Part shown: piece after piece, positions 38,611-51,216 of the stretch | Position numbering within the stretch: position 1 is the first letter of the stretch | How the letters are laid out: the number at the start of each line of letters is the position of its first letter | NCBI GenBank assembly: GCA_964016885.1 | Contig: OZ024753.1 | Location: 15,872,001 to 15,936,000 of the forward strand | DNA length: 64,000 nucleotides | Direction: 5' to 3' | Source: Eledone cirrhosa | Taxonomy: Eukaryota | Notes under the pieces: generated by a model | Told to the model about the DNA's origin: nothing | Seen by the model: only the letters and a program-made list of their open reading frames with translations | The model's database searches: none | Made by a program: the position numbers and the translations under genes

Positions 38611-41600
38611 ACACTACATCTCCTGGCTACCAAACTAACCACTACATCTCTTGGCTACCAAACTAACCACTACATCTCCTGGCTACCAAACTAACCACTA
38701 CATCTCTTGGCTACCAAACTAACCACTACATCTCTTGGCTACCAAACTAATTACTGCATCTCTTGGCTACCAAACTAACCACTACCTCTCTTGGCTACCA
38801 AACTAACCACTACATCTCTTGGCTACCAAACTAACCACTACATCTGGCTACCAAACTAACCACTACATCTCCTGGCTACCAAACTAACCACTACATCCCT
38901 TGGCTACCAAACTAACCACTACATCTCTTGGCTACCAAACTAACCACTACATCCCTTGGCTACCAAACTAACCACTACATCTCTTGGCTACCAAATTAAC
39001 TACTACATCCCTTGGCTACCAAACTAACCACTACATTTCTTGGCTACCAAACTAACCACTACATCCCTTGGCTACCAAACTAACCACTACATCTCTTGGC
39101 TACCAAACTAACCACTACATCCCTTGGCTACCAAACTAACCACTACATCTCTTGGCTACCAAATTAACTACTACATCCCTTGGCTAGCAAACTAACCACT
39201 ACATCCCTTGGCTACCAAACTAACCACTACATCTCTTGGCTACCAAATTAACTACTACATCCCTTGGCTACCAAACTAACCACTACATCTCTTGGCTACC
39301 AAACTAACCACTACATCCCTTGGCTACCAAACTAACCACTACATCTCTTGGCTACCAAACTAACTACTACATCTGGCTACCAAACTAACCACTACATCTC
39401 CTGGCTACAAAACTAACCACTACATCCCTTGGCTACCAAACTAACCACTACACCTCCTGGCTACCAAACTAACCACTACATCTCTTGGCTACCAAACTAA
39501 CCATTACATCTCCTGGCTACCAAACTAACCACTACATCTGGCTACCAAACTAACCACTAGATCTCTTAGCTACCAAACTAACCGCTACATCTCTTGGTTA
39601 CCAAACTAACCACTACATCTCTTGGCTACCAAACTAACCACCACATCTCTTGGCTACCAAACTAACCACTACATCTCTTGGCTACCAAACTAACCACTAC
39701 ATCTCTTGGCTACCAAACTAACCACTACATCTCTTGGCTACCAAACTAACCACTACATCTGGCTACCAAACTAGCCACTACATCTCTTGGCTACCAAACT
39801 AACCACTACATCTCTTGGTTACCAAACTAACCACTACATCTCTTGGCTACCAAACTAACCACTACATCTCTTGGTTACGAAACTAACCACTACATTTCTT
39901 GGCTACCAAACTAACCACTACATCTCTTGGCTACCAAACTAACCACTACATCTGGCTACCAAACTAACCACTACATCTCCTGGCTACCAAACTAACCACT
40001 ACATCTCTTGGTTACGAAACTAACCACTACATTTCTTGGCTACCAAACTAACCACTACATCTCTTGGCTACCAAACTAACCACTAGATCTCTTGCCTACC
40101 AAACTAACCACTACATCTGGCTACCAAACTAACTACTACATCTCTTGCCTACCAAACTAACCACTACATTTCTTGGCTACCAAACTAACTACTACATCTC
40201 TTGCCTACCAAACTAACCATTACATCTCCTGGCTACCAAACTAACCACTACATCTCTTGGCTACCAAACTAACCACTACATCTGGCTACCAAACTAACTA
40301 CTACATCTCTTGCCTACCAAACTAACCACTACATTTCTTGGCTACCAAACTAACTACTACATCTCTTGCCTACCAAACTAACCATTACATCTCCTGGCTA
40401 CCAAACTAACCACTACATCTCTTGGCTACCAAACTAACCACTACATCTCTTGGCTACCAAACTAACCACTACATCTGGCTACCAAACTAACTACTACATC
40501 TCTTGCCTACCAAACTAACCACTACATTTCTTGGCTACCAAACTAACTACTACATCTCGTGCCTACCAAACTAACCATTACATCTCCTGGCTACCAAACT
40601 AACCACTACATCTCTTGGCTACCAAACTAACCACTACATCTCTTGGCTACCAAACTAACCACTAGATCTCTTAGCTACCAAACTAACCACTACATCTCTT
40701 GGCTACCAAACTAACCACTACATCTCTTGGCTACCAAACTAAACACTACATCTCCTGGCTACCAAACTAACCACTACATCTCTTGGATAACAAACAAACC
40801 ACTACACCTCCTGGCTACCAAACTAACCACTACATCTCTTGGTTACCAAACTAACCACTACATCTCTTGGCTACCAAACTAACCACTACATCTCTTGGCT
40901 ACCAAACAAACCACTACACCTCCTGGCTACCAAACTAACCACTACATCTCTTGGCTACCAAACAAACCACTACACCTCCTGGCTACCAAACTAACCACTA
41001 CATCTCTTGGATACCAAACAAACCACTACACCTCCTGGCTACCAAACTAACCACTACATCTCTTGGTTACCAAACTAACCACTACATCTCTTGGTTACCA
41101 AACTAACCACTACACCTCCTGGCTACCAAACTAACCACTACATCTCTTGGTTACCAAACTAAACACTACATCTCCTGGCTACCAAACTAACCACTACATC
41201 TCTTGGATACCAAACAAACCACTACACCTCCTGGCTACCAAACTAACCACTACATCTCTTGGTTACCAAACTAACCACTACATCTCTTGGTTACCAAACT
41301 AACCACTACATCTCCTGGCTACCAAACTAACCACTAAATTTCTTGGCTAGCAAACTAACCACTACATCTCTTGGCTAGCAAACTAACCACTACATCTCTT
41401 GGCTACCAAACTAACCACTACATTTCTTGGCTACCAAACTAACCACTACATCTCTTGGCTACCAAACTAACCACTACATCTGGCTACCAAACTAACCACT
41501 ACATCTCCTGGCTACCAAACTAACCACTACATCTCTTGGTTACGAAACTAACCACTACATTTCTTGGCTACCAAACTAACCACTACATCTCTTGGCTACC

Positions 41601-44600
41601 AAACTAACCACTAGATCTCTTGCCTACCAAACTAACCACTACATCTGGCTACCAAACTAACTACTACATCTCTTGCCTACCAAACTAACCACTACATTTC
41701 TTGGCTACCAAACTAACTACTACATCTCTTGCCTACCAAACTAACCATTACATCTCCTGGCTACCAAACTAACCACTACATCTCTTGGCTACCAAACTAA
41801 CCACTACATCTGGCTACCAAACTAACTACTACATCTCTTGCCTACCAAACTAACCACTACATTTCTTGGCTACCAAACTAACTACTACATCTCTTGCCTA
41901 CCAAACTAACCATTACATCTCCTGGCTACCAAACTAACCACTACATCTCTTGGCTACCAAACTAACCACTACATCTCTTGGCTACCAAACTAACCACTAC
42001 ATCTGGCTACCAAACTAACTACTACATCTCTTGCCTACCAAACTAACCACTACATTTCTTGGCTACCAAACTAACTACTACATCTCGTGCCTACCAAACT
42101 AACCATTACATCTCCTGGCTACCAAACTAACCACTACATCTCTTGGCTACCAAACTAACCACTACATCTCTTGGCTACCAAACTAACCACTAGATCTCTT
42201 AGCTACCAAACTAACCACTACATCTCTTGGCTACCAAACTAACCACTACATCTCTTGGCTACCAAACTAAACACTACATCTCCTGGCTACCAAACTAACC
42301 ACTACATCTCTTGGATAACAAACAAACCACTACACCTCCTGGCTACCAAACTAACCACTACATCTCTTGGTTACCAAACTAACCACTACATCTCTTGGCT
42401 ACCAAACTAACCACTACATCTCTTGGCTACCAAACAAACCACTACACCTCCTGGCTACCAAACTAACCACTACATCTCTTGGCTACCAAACAAACCACTA
42501 CACCTCCTGGCTACCAAACTAACCACTACATCTCTTGGATACCAAACAAACCACTACACCTCCTGGCTACCAAACTAACCACTACATCTCTTGGTTACCA
42601 AACTAACCACTACATCTCTTGGTTACCAAACTAACCACTACACCTCCTGGCTACCAAACTAACCACTACATCTCTTGGTTACCAAACTAAACACTACATC
42701 TCCTGGCTACCAAACTAACCACTACATCTCTTGGATACCAAACAAACCACTACACCTCCTGGCTACCAAACTAACCACTACATCTCTTGGTTACCAAACT
42801 AACCACTACATCTCTTGGTTACCAAACTAACCACTACATCTCCTGGCTACCAAACTAACCACTAAATTTCTTGGCTAGCAAACTAACCACTACATCTCTT
42901 GGCTAGCAAACTAACCACTACATCTCTTGGCTACCAAACTAACCACTACATCTCTTGGCTACCAAACTAACCACTACATCTCTTGGTTACCAAACTAACC
43001 ACTACATCTCTTGGCTACAAACTAACCACTACATCTCTTGGCTACCAAACTAACCACTACATCCCCTGGCTACCAAACTAACCACTACATCTCTTGGCTA
43101 CCAAACTAACCACTACATCTCTTGGCTACCAAACTAACCACTACATCTGGCTACCAAACTAGCCACTACATCTCTTGGCTACCAAACTAACCACTACATC
43201 TCTTGGTTACCAAACTAACCACTACATCTCTTGGCTACCAAACTAACCACTACATCTCTTGGCTACCAAACTAACCACTACATCTCTTGGTTACGAAACT
43301 AACCACTACATTTCTTGGCTACCAAACTAACCACTACATCTCTTGGCTACCAAACTAACCACTACATCTGGCTACCAAACTAACCACTACATCTCTTGGT
43401 TACCAAACTAACCACTACATCTCTTGGCTACCAAACTAACCACTACATCTCTTGGTTACGAAACTAACCACTACATTTCTTGGCTACCAAACTAACCACT
43501 ACATCTCTTGGCTACCAAACTAACCACTACATCTGGCTACCAAACTAACTACTACATCTCTTGCCTACCAAACTAACCACTACATTTCTTGGCTACCAAA
43601 CTAACTACTACATCTCTTGCCTACCAAACTAACCACTACATTTCTTGGCTACCAAACTAACTACTACATCTCTTGCCTACCAAACTAACCACTACATCTC
43701 CTGGCTACCAAACTAACCACTAGATCTCTTAGCTACCAAACCAACCACTACATCTCTTGGCTACCAAACTAACCACTACATCTCTTGGCTACCAAACTAA
43801 ACACTACATCTCCTGGCTACCAAACTAACCACTACATCTCTTGGATACCAAACAAACCACTACACCTCCTGGCTACCAAACTAACCACTACATCTCTTGG
43901 CTACCAAACTAACCACTACATCTCTTGGCTACCAAACTAACCACTACATCTCTTGGTTACCAAACTAACCACTACATCTCCTGGCTACCAAACTAACCAC
44001 TAAATTTCTTGGCTAGCAAACTAACCACTACATCTCTTGGCTAGCAAACTAACCACTACATCTCTTGGCTACCAAACTAACCACTACATCTCTTGGCTAC
44101 CAAACTAACCACTACATCTCTTGGCTACCAAACTAACCACTACATTTCTTGGCTACCAAACTAACCACTACATCTCCTGGCTACCAAACTAACCACTACA
44201 TTTCTTGGTTACCAAACTAACCACTACATCTCTTGGCTACCAAACTAACCACTACATCTCTTGGTTACCAGACTAACCACTACATCTCCTGGCTACCAAA
44301 CTAACCACTACATCTCTTGGTTACCAAACTAACCACTACATCTCCTAGCTACCAAACTAACCACTACATCTCTTGGCTACCAAACTAACCACTACATCTC
44401 TTTGTTACCAAACTAACCACTACATCTCCTGGCTACCAAACTAACCACTACATCTCTTGGCTACCAAACTAACCACTACATCTCTTGGCTACCAAACTAA
44501 CCACTACATCTCTTTGTTACCAAACTAACCACTACATCTCCTGGCTACCAAACTAACCACTACATCTCTTGGCTACCAAACTAACCACTACATCTCTTGG

Positions 44601-45677
44601 CTACCAAACTAACCACTACATCTCTTGGCTACCAAACTAACCACTACATCTCTTGGCTACCAAACTAACCACTACATCTCCTGGCTACCAAACTAACCAC
44701 TACATCTCTTGGCTACCAAACTAACCACTACTTCTCTTGGCTAGCAAACTAACCACTACATCTCTTGGCTACCAAACTAACCATTACATCTGGCTACCAA
44801 ACTAACCACTACATCTCCTGGCTACCAAACTAACCACTACATCTCCTGGCTACCACACTAACCACAACATCTCCTGGCTACCAAACTAACCACTACATCT
44901 GGCTACCAAACTAACCATACATCTCTTGGCTACCAAACTAACCACTACATTTCTTGGCTACCAAACTAACCACAACATCTCCTGGTTACCAAACTAACCA
45001 CTACATCTGGCTACCAAACTAACCACTACATCTCTTGGCTACCAAACTAACCACTACATCTCTTGGCTACCAAACTAACCACTACATCTCCTGGCTACCA
45101 AACTAACCACTACATCTCTTGGCTACCAAACTAACCATTACATCTGGCTACCAAACTAACCACTACATCTCCTGGCTACCAAACTAACCACTACATCTCC
45201 TGGCTACCACACTAACCACAACATCTCCTGGCTACCAAACTAACCACTACATCTGGCTACCAAACTAACCATACATCTCTTGGCTACCAAACTAACCACT
45301 ACATCTCTTGGCTACCAAACTAACCACAACATCTCCTGGCTACCAAACTAACCACTACATCTGGCTACCAAACTAACCACTACATCTCTTGGCTACCAAA
45401 CTAACCACTACATCTCTTGGCTACCAAACTAACCACTACATCTCCTGGCTACCAAACTAACCACTACATCTGGCTACCAAACTAACCACTACATCTCTTG
45501 GCTACCAAACTAACCACTACATTTCTTGGCTACCAAACTAACCACTACATTTCTTGTCTACCAAACTAACCACTACATCTCTTGGCTACCAAACAAACCA
45601 CTACATTTCTTGGCTACCAAACAAACCACTACATCTCTTGGCTACCAAACTAACCACTGTATCTCCTGGCTACCAAA
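38611..45677. repeat. 28-bp minisatellite (with 25-bp variants), about 250 copies
   Basis: Unit TTGGCTACCAAACTAACCACTACATCTC. Confidence 0.98.
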
Positions 45678-46350
45678 TGCATCACTGATTCCTCATTCAT
45701 CATCATTATCGTCGTTTAACGTCCATCTTCCATGCTAGCATGGGTTAGATGTTATCTATAATAATATACTCTGCTCCGCCTGAGCATCGAGTGCTCAAAT
45801 GGCATACGACCTACGGACGCATTTATTGCAACCTTACAACAACTATACACATATATATATTTGTGTATTTGCGTGTATGTGTATATGTATGTATACATAT
45901 ATATGTATGTGTTTGTGTAAATATGCATATGTAGAGACAGTGAGTAAATAATGTTTTGAAATAATGATTCTCCCTGGATAATTTTAATAATGTCACTTTG
46001 ACGAATCAAGGAAGAAAAAAGGAAAATCGGATCCGTAAATGTTTTCCGTGCTATTTCCAAAATAATATCAACACCAATCTCCTCGGCCCTCCCAATGTTG
46101 TATACAATAACATCAGTCATGAGTTTGGTATAAAACTTGAGAGAGCTTTATACCAAACTAGTTGACCCTGTGCTGCCACAAAGGACAGCTAATTGTAATA
46201 TCTATACATAATATAAAAAAGAGATGTTTGTTTGTTGGTTGGCTGGTTCCTTCACACTCACTCACACAAGTAATACAAACACACAAACGCACCCCTTCCT
46301 TCCTCAGTCGATGTCATCACCTCTTTCCTCAGTCCCTATTATCACCTCTT

Positions 46351-46525
46351 CCTTCCTCAGTCTACCTAATCCCGCCTCCTTCCTCAGTCTACCTAATCCC
46401 GCCTTCTTCCTCAGTCTACCTAATCCCGCCTCCTTCCTCAGTCTACCTAATCCCCCCTTCTTCCTCAGTCTACCTAATCACCCTTCCTTCTTCAATCTAC
46501 CTAATCCCCCCTCCTTCCTCAGTCA
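46351..46525. repeat. 27-bp tandem repeat, about 6 copies
   Basis: Unit TTCCTCAGTCTACCTAATCCCGCCTCC. Confidence 0.9.
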
Positions 46526-47446
46526 TCTCTAGTCTGTGACAGACAAATACACAATATTAGTAGAGATGAATGCTGTGTCACAAATAAATGATAGTTTCTC
46601 TGATTACGGCTGAATGATCGTTTCTTTTCTGGCTAGAAATCCTATTTAATTTAAACTGACGCCATATACGTTAGCAGTTAGCATGGAAAGAAGTATCGCA
46701 GAGCTGTGGCAGTAGTAATTGCTGAGATTGGCTAAATATCTTGAGGATGGGTGGCGAGGGGGTGGGGGTGAGAGAGTGTGAGAGAAAAAGAGAGAAGAGA
46801 GAGAGAGAGAGAATCTAGTTATTATAAACATTATTTGGCAAACTTCGCCGTCAGGAGGGAAATCCATTACAAAATTGTTTGCATGTTGTTTTAGATGAAT
46901 GATTTTGTATTAGAGTTGAATGTGGTACTGCAAGGTAATTATTGAAATAGAAATTAAATGAACCTCCCAATTAGAGAAGTTAGATATTTTCTACATGTTA
47001 CAAGACTTCTTCAAAACTAATCATTTTCTATTTCACCCCAGTGACTGTTGTTGTTCTTGTTGTTTTGAACCAAATCAACTCCCATAGACCAGAAGACTTT
47101 CAATCAAAAGAAACCCCAGCCATGGGCATCCTAAGATGTTTTACTCACTCTGTTGGTTTTAAGAATGAGCATTGAGCTGTTTAATCGGCTTAATGTCAGG
47201 ATCATGGCTGAGTATTCCACAGACGCGTGTGGATCAATGTGACACCTTTGACATACAAGTACAATCCATCTGACGGTCTTCCAGTTAGTTTCACTTACAA
47301 GGCTTGGATCAACATGAGGCTATGATGAAGATATTGTAATATGTGATGCAGAGGGATTGAAACTAGTGTTCACCAGTCACCGTGGAGATCTCAGGCATCC
47401 TTGAACCCCATACAGCTGACCTCCTCCGTAAAAATGGGATGATAGC

Positions 47447-49594
47447 AGCCCACCTGAGGTAGGAGCCCTGTGTGTTGGGGTGGCTGTTACAGTAGGTGTC
47501 ACTGCCCACCTGAAGTAGGAGCCCCGTGAGATGGGGTGGCTGTTACAGTAGGTGTCACTGCCCACCTGAGGTAGGAGCCCTGTGTGATGGGGTGGCTGTT
47601 ACAGTAGGTGTCACTGCCCACCTGAGGTAGGAACCCCGTGAGATGGGGTGGCTGTTACAGCAGGTGTCACTGCCCACCTGAGGTAGGAGCCCTGTGTGTC
47701 GGGGTGGCTGTTACAGTAGGTGTCACTGCCCACCTGAGGTAGGAACTCCGTGAGATGGGGTGGCTGTTACAGCAGGTGTCACTGCCCACCTGAGGTAGGA
47801 GCCGTGTGTGTTGGGGTGGCTGTTACAGCAGGTGTCACTGCCCACCTGAGGTAGGAGCCCTGTGTGTTGGGGTGGCTGTTACAGTAGGTGTCACTGCCCA
47901 CCTGAGGTAGGAGCCCTGTGTGTTGGGGTGGCTGTTACTGGACATCTGAGGTAGGAACCCCGTGAGATGGGGTGGCTGTTACAGTAGGTGTCACTGCCCA
48001 CCTGAGGTAGGAGCCCTGTGTGATGGGGTGGCTGTTACAGTAGGTGTCACTGCCCACCTGAGGTAGGAGCCCTGTGTGTTGAGGTGGCTGTTACAGCAGG
48101 TGTCACTGCCCACCTGAGGTAGGAGCCCTGTGTGTTGAGGTGGCTGTTACAGCAGGTGTCACTGCCCACCTGAGGTAGGAGCCCTGTGTGATGGGGTGGC
48201 TGTTACAGTAGGTGTCACTGCCCACCTGAGGTAGGAGCCCTGTGTGATGAGGTGGCTGTTACAGCAGGTGTCACTGCCCACCTGAGGTAGGAGCCCTGTG
48301 TGTTGAGGTGGCTGTTACAGCAGGTGTCACTGCCCACCTGAGGTAGGAGCCCTGTGTGATGGGGTGGCTGTTACAGTAGGTGTCACTGCCCACCTGAGGT
48401 AGGAGCCCTGTGTGTTGAGGTGGCTGTTAAAGCAGGTGTCACTGCCCACCTGAGGTAGGAGCCCTGTGTGTTGAGGTGGCTGTTACAGTAGGTGTCACTG
48501 CCCACCTGAGGTAGGAGCCCTGTGTGATGGGGTGGCTGTTACAGTAGGTGTCACCGGACACCTGAGGTAGGAGCCCTGTGTTTTGGGGTGGCTGTTACAG
48601 CAGGTGTTACTGCCCACCTGAGGTAGGAGCCCTGTATGATGGGGTGGCTGTTACAGCAGGTGTCACCGGACACCTGAGGTAGGAGCCCTGTGTGTTGGGG
48701 TGGCTGTTACAGCAGGTGTTACTGCCCACCTGAGGTAGGAGCCCTGTGTGATGGGGTGGCTGTTACAGCAGGTGTCACTGCCCACCTGAGGTAGGAGCCC
48801 TGTGTGATGAGGTGGCTGTTACAGCAGGTATCACTGGACATCTGAGGTAGGAACCCCGTGAGATGGGGTGGCTGTTACAGCAGGTGTCACCGGACATCTG
48901 AGGTAGGAACCCCGTGAGATGGGGTGGCTGTTACAGCAGGTGTCACTGGACATCTGAGGTAGGAGCCCTGTGTGTTGGGGTGGCTGTTACAGCAGGTGTT
49001 ACTGCCCACCTGAGGTAGGAGCCCTGTATGATGGGGTGGCTGTTACAGCAGGTGTCACCGGACACCTGAGGTAGGAGCCCTGTGTGTTGGGGTGGCTGTT
49101 ACAGCAGGTGTTACTGCCCACCTGAGGTAGGAGCCCTGTGTGATGGGGTGGCTGTTACAGCAGGTGTCACTGCCCACCTGAGGTAGGAGCCCTGTGTGAT
49201 GAGGTGGCTGTTACAGTAGGTATCACTGGACATCTGAGGTAGGAACCCCGTGAGATGGGGTGGCTGTTACAGCAGGTGTCACCGGACAGTTGAGGTAGGA
49301 ACCCCGTGAGATGGGGTGGCTGTTACAGCAGGTGTCACCGGACATCTGAGGTAGGAGCCCCGTGAGATGGGGTGGCTGTTACAGCAGGTGTCACCGGACA
49401 TCTGAGGTAGGAGCCCCGTGAGATGGGGTGGCTGTTACAGCAGGTGTCACCGGACATCTGAGGTAGGAGCCTTGTGAGATGGGGTGGCTGTTACAGCAGG
49501 TGTCACCGGACATCTGAGGTAGGAGCCTTGTGAGATGGGGTGGCTGTTACAGCAGGTGTCACCGGACATCTGAGGTAGGAGCCTTGTGAGATGA
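47447..49594. repeat. 56-bp GC-rich minisatellite, about 38 copies
   Basis: Unit CACCTGAGGTAGGAGCCCTGTGTGATGGGGTGGCTGTTACAGYAGGTGTCACTGCC. Confidence 0.97.
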
Positions 49595-49607
49595 AACACT
49601 AAAACAA

Positions 49608-49983
49608 TCAATGGAAGCCTTGGAGTGGGGAGACCCAAGAAGAACTGGGATGAGGAGATGAAAGCTGACCTTACCCAATTGCACCTCTAGCGTTATGCAG
49701 TAATACAGAAGACCCGACTTCCCACGGGTACAAACCGAAGCTGAAGCATATAGACAGTATGCTCCTACTGTATAGTGGTCGTGTAGGGACCACGGTAAGG
49801 AAAGCACCTAGTACTCACTGTAAATGAGGTTGGTGTTACGAAGGGCTTCCACATGTGGAAATCAAGCCAAAATCAGTTCCATATGAGCAAGGTATGGTCA
49901 ACTGACCTGGCATTGCACGCAACAGGACAACCTGTCTAACCCATGCTAGCATGGAAGAATGGGCATAAAACGATGATGATGAT
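49608..49983 (+). mobile_element. RTE family B 3' fragment
   Basis: GRPKKNWDEEMKADL, 3'UTR, CCATGCTAGCATGG hairpin, (GAT)n. Confidence 0.85.
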
Positions 49984-50008
49984 ATATGCATATATATATA
50001 TATATATA

Positions 50009-50201
50009 TATTTAATATAGAAATGGCTTCTACAGGACTAGAACTGTTTCATTCGGGAGAAATCATCAGGAAACCCTGATGATTTCTCCCAAATGAAACA
50101 GTTCTAGTCCTGTAGAAGCCATTTCTATATTAAATATTTATAATCTGCTATGTATTGAGTACCTTACTTACAGTGGTTACACTCAATTGAACCTGGGATA
50201 A

Positions 50202-50204
<3 letters not shown>
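50009..50204. mobile_element. Fold-back element with hammerhead core in both arms, in (TA)n
   Basis: Near-perfect palindrome 50009-50136; CTGATGA-TTTCTCCCAAAT-GAAAC-AGTTCTA-GTC from 50076. Confidence 0.75.
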
Positions 50205-50713
<509 letters not shown>

Positions 50714-50728
50714 TATGTATATATATAT

Positions 50729-51196
50729 AATTGTTTCCAGGGCATTACTGGTACTTTATTTCATCGACCCCATAAGGATGAAAGGTAAAGTTAACCTCGG
50801 TGGGATTTGAACTCAGAACATAAAGGGCCGTAACTCTATGCTGCAAAGCATGGTGTCCAACCCTCTACCAATTCTGCCAATTCACTGCCCTATAAACAAT
50901 ATAGAGAAAATAGCACAACTTGTTGAAACTCAACAGACAGTAGAAAATCTAGTAATTATATTTACCATGTAAACCATCAACAACAACAACAACAACAATA
51001 ATAATAATAATTGTTTCTACTTTAGGCATATATATATAATTGTTTCCAGGGCATTACTGGTACTTTATTTTATCGACCCCGTAAGGATGAAAGGCAAAGT
51101 CAGCCTCGGCGGGATTTGAACTCAGATCGTAAAGGGACGTAACTATGCTGGAAAGCATGGCGTCCGACCCTCTACCGATACTGCCAATCCACCACA
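50729..51196 (-). mobile_element. Two second-family SINE copies (50729-50890 and 51039-51196)
   Basis: Reverse complements of 27686-27871; both share a shortened tail. Confidence 0.82.
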
Positions 51197-51216
51197 ATAA
51201 TAATAATAATAATAAT

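Noticed and set aside
45752-46160. 122-aa minus-strand ORF and adjacent 13-bp hairpin
   Set aside because: No recognisable motif; the ORF runs into microsatellite; a lone hairpin is not diagnostic
17390-49594. Tandem arrays as CRISPR arrays
   Set aside because: No unique spacers, no cas genes, eukaryotic context
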